Of a DNA stretch of 64,000 nucleotides, positions 59,773 through 64,000 are shown piece after piece. The notes beneath the pieces were generated by a model. The model saw only the letters and a program-made list of their open reading frames with translations, was not told where the DNA came from and did not search any database. The translations under genes and the position numbers were made by a program. Each line of letters begins with the position of its first letter. The first letter of the stretch is position 1. Source of the stretch: a candidate division Zixibacteria bacterium SM23_73_3 (GTDB taxonomy: Bacteria > Zixibacteria > MSB-5A5 > SM1-73); assembly GCA_001304155.1 (NCBI GenBank), contig LJUX01000001.1, positions 324 through 64,323 of the forward strand, in the 5' to 3' direction.

Positions 59773-60849
59773 ATGAGAAAGCTCAACTTAACAGGAAAAG
59801 AGAGGTTGTTGGTGATAAGAACCGATCGGGTTGGTGATGTGGTTCTGTCCACACCGGTTCTGGAGGCGATAAAATCCCGCTTCCCCCAATCGTATCTCGC
59901 CATGATGGTTTCCCCATATGCCACAGACGTGGTTAAAAACAACCCCAATCTTGACGATGTGATTATTGATGATGCTGATAGTTCTCATAAAGGAATTAAA
60001 GGATTTTTCAAGTTGGTTAAAGAGATAAAGAAAAAACATTTTGATGTGGGCGTCCTGCTTAGACCTACACTAAGACTGGCGCTTTTGCTTCTCCTGGCCG
60101 GAATAAGATACAGGATCGGAACCGGCTACAGGTTTTACCAAGTATTCTTCAATCGGAAAGTTTATGTGCACAGAAAAATAAATCTGCGTCACGAGGCTGA
60201 ATATAACTTGGATCTGTTGAGACCTCTGGGGATAAGGCCGCCAAGGATCTTACCCCAGATGTATCTTTCTCAAGAAGAGGAGGAGTTTGCCCGTCAAATC
60301 CTGAATGAGTTTAGTCTCACACCGGAGGAGATGGTGGTGGTGATTCATCCGGGAAGCGGCAATTCGTCTTTGAATCTACCCGCAAAGAGATTCGCTGAGG
60401 TGGCAGACAGACTTATCGAAAAATTCAACGCCAAGATAATTTTCACCGGGACGAAGATGGAGAAGGGGCTGGTTGATTTTATAAAAAACAATATGAAGCA
60501 TGCCGCCGTTGATTTAGCCGGGAGGACGAATCTAAGAGAGCTGTCGGCGGTTTTGAAAAGTTGCCATGTGGTGATCTCCAACAGCACCGGTCCCATGCAC
60601 CTGGCGGTGGCACTGGGCACCCCCACGGTAGCCATCTTCTGCCCCATCTTTGCCGCCGGTCCCATAAGATGGGGACCCTATGGAGAGGGGAATGAAGTCA
60701 TTTTGCCGCCAGCCCCGGTCTGTTTTAAGTGCAAGCCCAGAAGCTGTCCTCATTACGACTGCATGGAAAAAATCAAAGCCGAACAGATCGTTTCCAAAGT
60801 ATGTGCTGTATTAAAGAAAAAATCAGAAACGAGCAGAATCAAAACATGA
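59773..60849 (+). CDS. Glycosyltransferase family 9 (second heptosyltransferase-like gene)
   Basis: LLVIRTDRVGDVVLSTPVLEAI GT9 signature. Confidence 0.75.
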   Translation: MRKLNLTGKERLLVIRTDRVGDVVLSTPVLEAIKSRFPQSYLAMMVSPYATDVVKNNPNLDDVIIDDADSSHKGIKGFFKLVKEIKKKHFDVGVLLRPTLRLALLLLLAGIRYRIGTGYRFYQVFFNRKVYVHRKINLRHEAEYNLDLLRPLGIRPPRILPQMYLSQEEEEFARQILNEFSLTPEEMVVVIHPGSGNSSLNLPAKRFAEVADRLIEKFNAKIIFTGTKMEKGLVDFIKNNMKHAAVDLAGRTNLRELSAVLKSCHVVISNSTGPMHLAVALGTPTVAIFCPIFAAGPIRWGPYGEGNEVILPPAPVCFKCKPRSCPHYDCMEKIKAEQIVSKVCAVLKKKSETSRIKT

Positions 60850-60950
60850 AAGCGGATGTATCAATGTGGAGTATCGATCATATCTTTAAGCATCTAGCGG
60901 AGACTTTCAGATCTCCACAAAGAGAGTCAATTAAGTTGATATTTAGATAA

Positions 60951-61011
60951 CCCCCCATCTCCTTCTCCATTTAATGGAGAGGTAAAGCAGAGGGGGTGAG
61001 GTAGAAAAAAC
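60951..61011. repeat. Family 3 palindromic element (ccccccatctccttctccatttaatggagagg...gggggtgagg)
   Basis: Shares the ctctccat-wwww-atggagag core with 5168-5230. Confidence 0.55.
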
Positions 61012-61245
61012 ATGAAATTTTGCTCTGTGCGGCAAATTAAACTTATATATTAATAACATTGTAGAGAAGAGTGTTAATTTAAACTTCGCTGGTTTTGTAG
61101 TTGCCCGATTTATCAGGCGCTTTGAGAGCTGGATAAATCGAGTAACACAGACAGGATTTCTGCTCGATGAATCGAACAACTACAGGGTGGAGTTGCTTTG
61201 AAACTAAATGAGGTGGGTATAAAAACTGTCTGCGAGGTGCAATAA

Positions 61246-63414
61246 ATGAATCTGGCGGAATTCATCATAGGGGTGGAATCGTTTAACGCCAACATAGACA
61301 TTCCCTTACTCAGGAAGGCATACGAGTTTTCGGCCAAAGCCCACAGCGGTCAGTATCGGCAATCGAGAAAGCCATATCTGGAGCATTGCTTGGAGGTGGC
61401 TTTCATCCTGGCGAAACAACACTTGGATTCTGCCGCCATCGCCGCAGGACTGTTGCATGACGTGGTGGAGGACACTGATGTGAGCATCCAGCAGGTAAGA
61501 GAGGAGTTCGGGGATGAGATAGCTGATCTGGTGGACGGGGTCACCAAGATCGGGGAGCTTAAATTCAAAAGCTTAGAGGAAGAGCAGGTGGAATATTTCC
61601 GTAAGATGCTCCTGTCTATGGCTGAAGACATCCGGGTGATCATCATCAAACTGGCAGACCGATTGCATAACATGAGGACCTTAGATTCTTTGGATAGAAG
61701 TAAGCAAAGAAAGATAGCTTCTGAAACACGGGAAGTTTACGCTCCTTTAGCTCATCGCTTCGGGATGGCAAGGATAAAATGGGAATTGGAGGATTTGTCC
61801 TTGAAATACCTCGATCCGGAGACCTATGACGAATTGGTCCATAAGATCGACACCAGAAGGGAGGATCGGGAGGCTTACATCCGGGAGATCACCGAACCTC
61901 TGAAAAGGGAGTTAGAGAAAACAGGAATAAAAGCGGAAATAACCGGAAGAGCCAAGCATTTTGATTCCATCTATCGCAAGATGAAAAAGAGGCAGAAGCC
62001 CTTCGAGAAGATTTATGATCTTTTTGCCATTCGTATCATGGTGGACTCAGAAGGGGAGTGTTATCACACCCTGGGCATCGTTCACACCCTGTGGATGCCG
62101 GTGGCTGATCGTTTTCGGGATTACATCGCTCTGCCCAAGTCCAACATGTATCAGTCGCTTCATACCACGGTGATAGGTCCGCGGGGTAAAATGGTGGAGA
62201 TACAGATAAGAACTCACGAGATGCATAGAACCGCGGATTATGGTATAGCGGCTCACTGGCTATATAAGGAAGGGCGAATGAAGCCGGACGAATCAGATAA
62301 ACAGATGACCTGGCTGAGGGAGGTTTTAGAGTGGCAAAAGGATTTGACCAATCCGTCTGAATTCTTAGAGTATCTTAAGATCGATCTTTTCCGGGATGAC
62401 ATCTTTGTTTTCACTCCCAAGGGGGAGTTAAAGCAACTTCCCAAAGGATCCACCCCTTTGGATTTTGCCTATGCGGTTCACAGCGAGATTGGCCATCATT
62501 GTATTGGCGCCAGGGTGGACGGAAAGATGGTGCCCTTAAGCACCGTTCTTTCCAGCGGGCAGGAGGTGGAGGTGATTACCTCTCCTCATCAGTCACCTTC
62601 CCAGGACTGGCTCAAAATCGTTGAGACCACCAGAGCGCGAAGCAAGATCAGACACTGGTTAAGACAGAAAAGGTATGAGGGGAGCGTCAATTTAGGAAAG
62701 GAGATATTTGAGAGGGAATTGAAGAAACGACACTTAAAATCTCCATCCGAGGCGGAGCTCTCTGATTTAGCCATGAGACTAAATTTCGGTAACTCCGAGG
62801 CGATGTTCTCTGCATTGGGGAACGGAAACATCTCCATCAAACATGTCCTCACCACGCTTGTTCCACCGGAAAGACTTAAAAGAACCAAACCTTCGGTCAT
62901 CAGTAAATTTATAGATAAAGCCAGAGGAGGCGCCAGGGGTATTAAGATCGGAGGAATGAGGAACATGATGTTCCACTTCGCTTCTTGCTGTCAGCCGGTG
63001 CCAGGAGAGGGGATCGTGGGATTCGTAACCCGGGGACGAGGGGTCTCCATCCACCGTTCTGATTGCCCCAATGCATTGCAGATGCTAACCGAGGATGAAA
63101 GAAGGGTGGAGGTGAAGTGGGATGTGGGAAAGGGTCAGTCTTTTTTGGTGAAGCTGGAGGTTTTAGTGGAGGATAGAAAAAATATGTTAAGGGACGTCAC
63201 CCAGGCTATATCAGACACTGATACAAACGTTCGAGGGGCGGAGATAAGAGGAGGGGAGACTACATCCACCGGGAGTTTCATCATCGAGGTGAAAAATATA
63301 AACCACCTTAACAAGACCTTGAAAAAAATAAAAAAAGTCAAAGGGGTCATTCAGGTGGAGAGATCTAAAAGATTGGAGAGGATAGAGGAAACGCAGAAAG
63401 ATGAGATCAAGTGA
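61246..63414 (+). CDS. relA: Bifunctional (p)ppGpp synthetase/hydrolase RelA/SpoT
   Basis: HD domain (HD at LLHDVVEDT), synthetase region, TGS and ACT domains. Confidence 0.9.
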   Translation: MNLAEFIIGVESFNANIDIPLLRKAYEFSAKAHSGQYRQSRKPYLEHCLEVAFILAKQHLDSAAIAAGLLHDVVEDTDVSIQQVREEFGDEIADLVDGVTKIGELKFKSLEEEQVEYFRKMLLSMAEDIRVIIIKLADRLHNMRTLDSLDRSKQRKIASETREVYAPLAHRFGMARIKWELEDLSLKYLDPETYDELVHKIDTRREDREAYIREITEPLKRELEKTGIKAEITGRAKHFDSIYRKMKKRQKPFEKIYDLFAIRIMVDSEGECYHTLGIVHTLWMPVADRFRDYIALPKSNMYQSLHTTVIGPRGKMVEIQIRTHEMHRTADYGIAAHWLYKEGRMKPDESDKQMTWLREVLEWQKDLTNPSEFLEYLKIDLFRDDIFVFTPKGELKQLPKGSTPLDFAYAVHSEIGHHCIGARVDGKMVPLSTVLSSGQEVEVITSPHQSPSQDWLKIVETTRARSKIRHWLRQKRYEGSVNLGKEIFERELKKRHLKSPSEAELSDLAMRLNFGNSEAMFSALGNGNISIKHVLTTLVPPERLKRTKPSVISKFIDKARGGARGIKIGGMRNMMFHFASCCQPVPGEGIVGFVTRGRGVSIHRSDCPNALQMLTEDERRVEVKWDVGKGQSFLVKLEVLVEDRKNMLRDVTQAISDTDTNVRGAEIRGGETTSTGSFIIEVKNINHLNKTLKKIKKVKGVIQVERSKRLERIEETQKDEIK

Positions 63415-64000
63415 TTTGGTGGTCAGGTTGATCGAGGGTATCAAATGGCTATCCTTCCCCCCTCTGGAAGCCTATCCTTTCATTCTTCATGGTTTCATCA
63501 TCAAAAATCAAATTTTTCCTCCGGATGTGAAAACAAAAGAGGCAGAAAAATTATTGCAGAAAGCCTTCTCACAAAAGAGGAGACTTGTATCTCTCTCTCA
63601 AATACACCAGGACGGATGTGTGATCATAACTTCAAAAGATAAGCTCAAAAGAAGATACAAAGGGGATGCCCTTCTGACCGATCGAGATGACATCTTTATC
63701 TCCGTGTGGGTGGCTGACTGCTTATCCATCTTTCTGGTGGAGGAGAGAAGAAGGGTGGTGGGTTTGGTGCATGCAGGTTGGAGAGGGACGCTTCTGGGAA
63801 TCCTTCGAAGGACCATAGAAGCGGCAAAAGGTCAGTTTGGCTGTGAGGGTGGTGACTTTACGGTATTGTTTGGCCCATGTATCGGAAGCTGTTGTTATCA
63901 GATCTCAGACGATGTGGCAATTTTGTTCGATGAGGAGTGCATGAATCGAGCCCAAAATGGCAAGCCCGGGCTTGATTTGATTTGTGCCAATTTGAAACAA
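63401..64000 (+). CDS. pgeF: YfiH/PgeF (polyphenol oxidase-like purine nucleoside phosphorylase), truncated at the 3' window edge; overlaps the relA stop by 14 nt
   Basis: N-terminus ...FILHGFIIKN and core DDIFISVWVADCLSIFL...GLVHAGWRGT, hand-translated in frame 2. It runs off the window, so it is absent from the ORF track. Confidence 0.7.
   Translation, partial: MRSSDLVVRLIEGIKWLSFPPLEAYPFILHGFIIKNQIFPPDVKTKEAEKLLQKAFSQKRRLVSLSQIHQDGCVIITSKDKLKRRYKGDALLTDRDDIFISVWVADCLSIFLVEERRRVVGLVHAGWRGTLLGILRRTIEAAKGQFGCEGGDFTVLFGPCIGSCCYQISDDVAILFDEECMNRAQNGKPGLDLICANLKQ

Overview
The window is 64 kb of a bacterial chromosome with very dense coding on both strands and no transposase, integrase or CRISPR array. 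Composition looks moderate-GC (not computed), and the host is probably a didermic organism (LPS and outer-membrane genes present). Most of the window is housekeeping and envelope biogenesis.

Recognisable blocks, in order:
- a secreted glycine-rich protein built from about nineteen 15-residue repeats
- a sensor kinase, a sigma-54 enhancer-binding response regulator, and a putative sigma-54 promoter in front of a small Lys-rich Cys-containing protein
- glutamate dehydrogenase
- a dTDP-L-rhamnose operon (rfbA, rfbC, rfbB, rfbD) with a HEPN/MNT toxin-antitoxin pair wedged inside
- the conserved ispE, spoVG, tRNA-Gln, prs, rplY cluster
- a GDP-sugar block (gmd, an rmd-like reductase, an NDP-sugar dehydrogenase) and an outer-membrane barrel protein
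- ychF, two tandem paralogous large membrane proteins with TPR tails, and lon
- a Memo/AMMECR1 fusion protein and an M23 peptidase
- comF-like and dprA
- yigZ, a PfkB kinase, a PAP2 phosphatase and a macro-domain protein
- secreted PepC and an LtaS-like sulfatase
- ccmABCD, lepB and a class V aminotransferase
- a DsrC-like protein with HdrD/DsrK-like and NarI/DsrM-like subunits
- an LPS core cluster (GT9, GT4, WaaL-like, GT2, GT9)
- relA/spoT and pgeF

The intergenic space is unusually rich in several families of short palindromic, MITE-like dispersed repeats. Two small indels are visible: a 22-bp tandem duplication that frameshifts an EamA transporter, and a roughly 210-bp insertion with a duplicated gene start at the GT2 gene.
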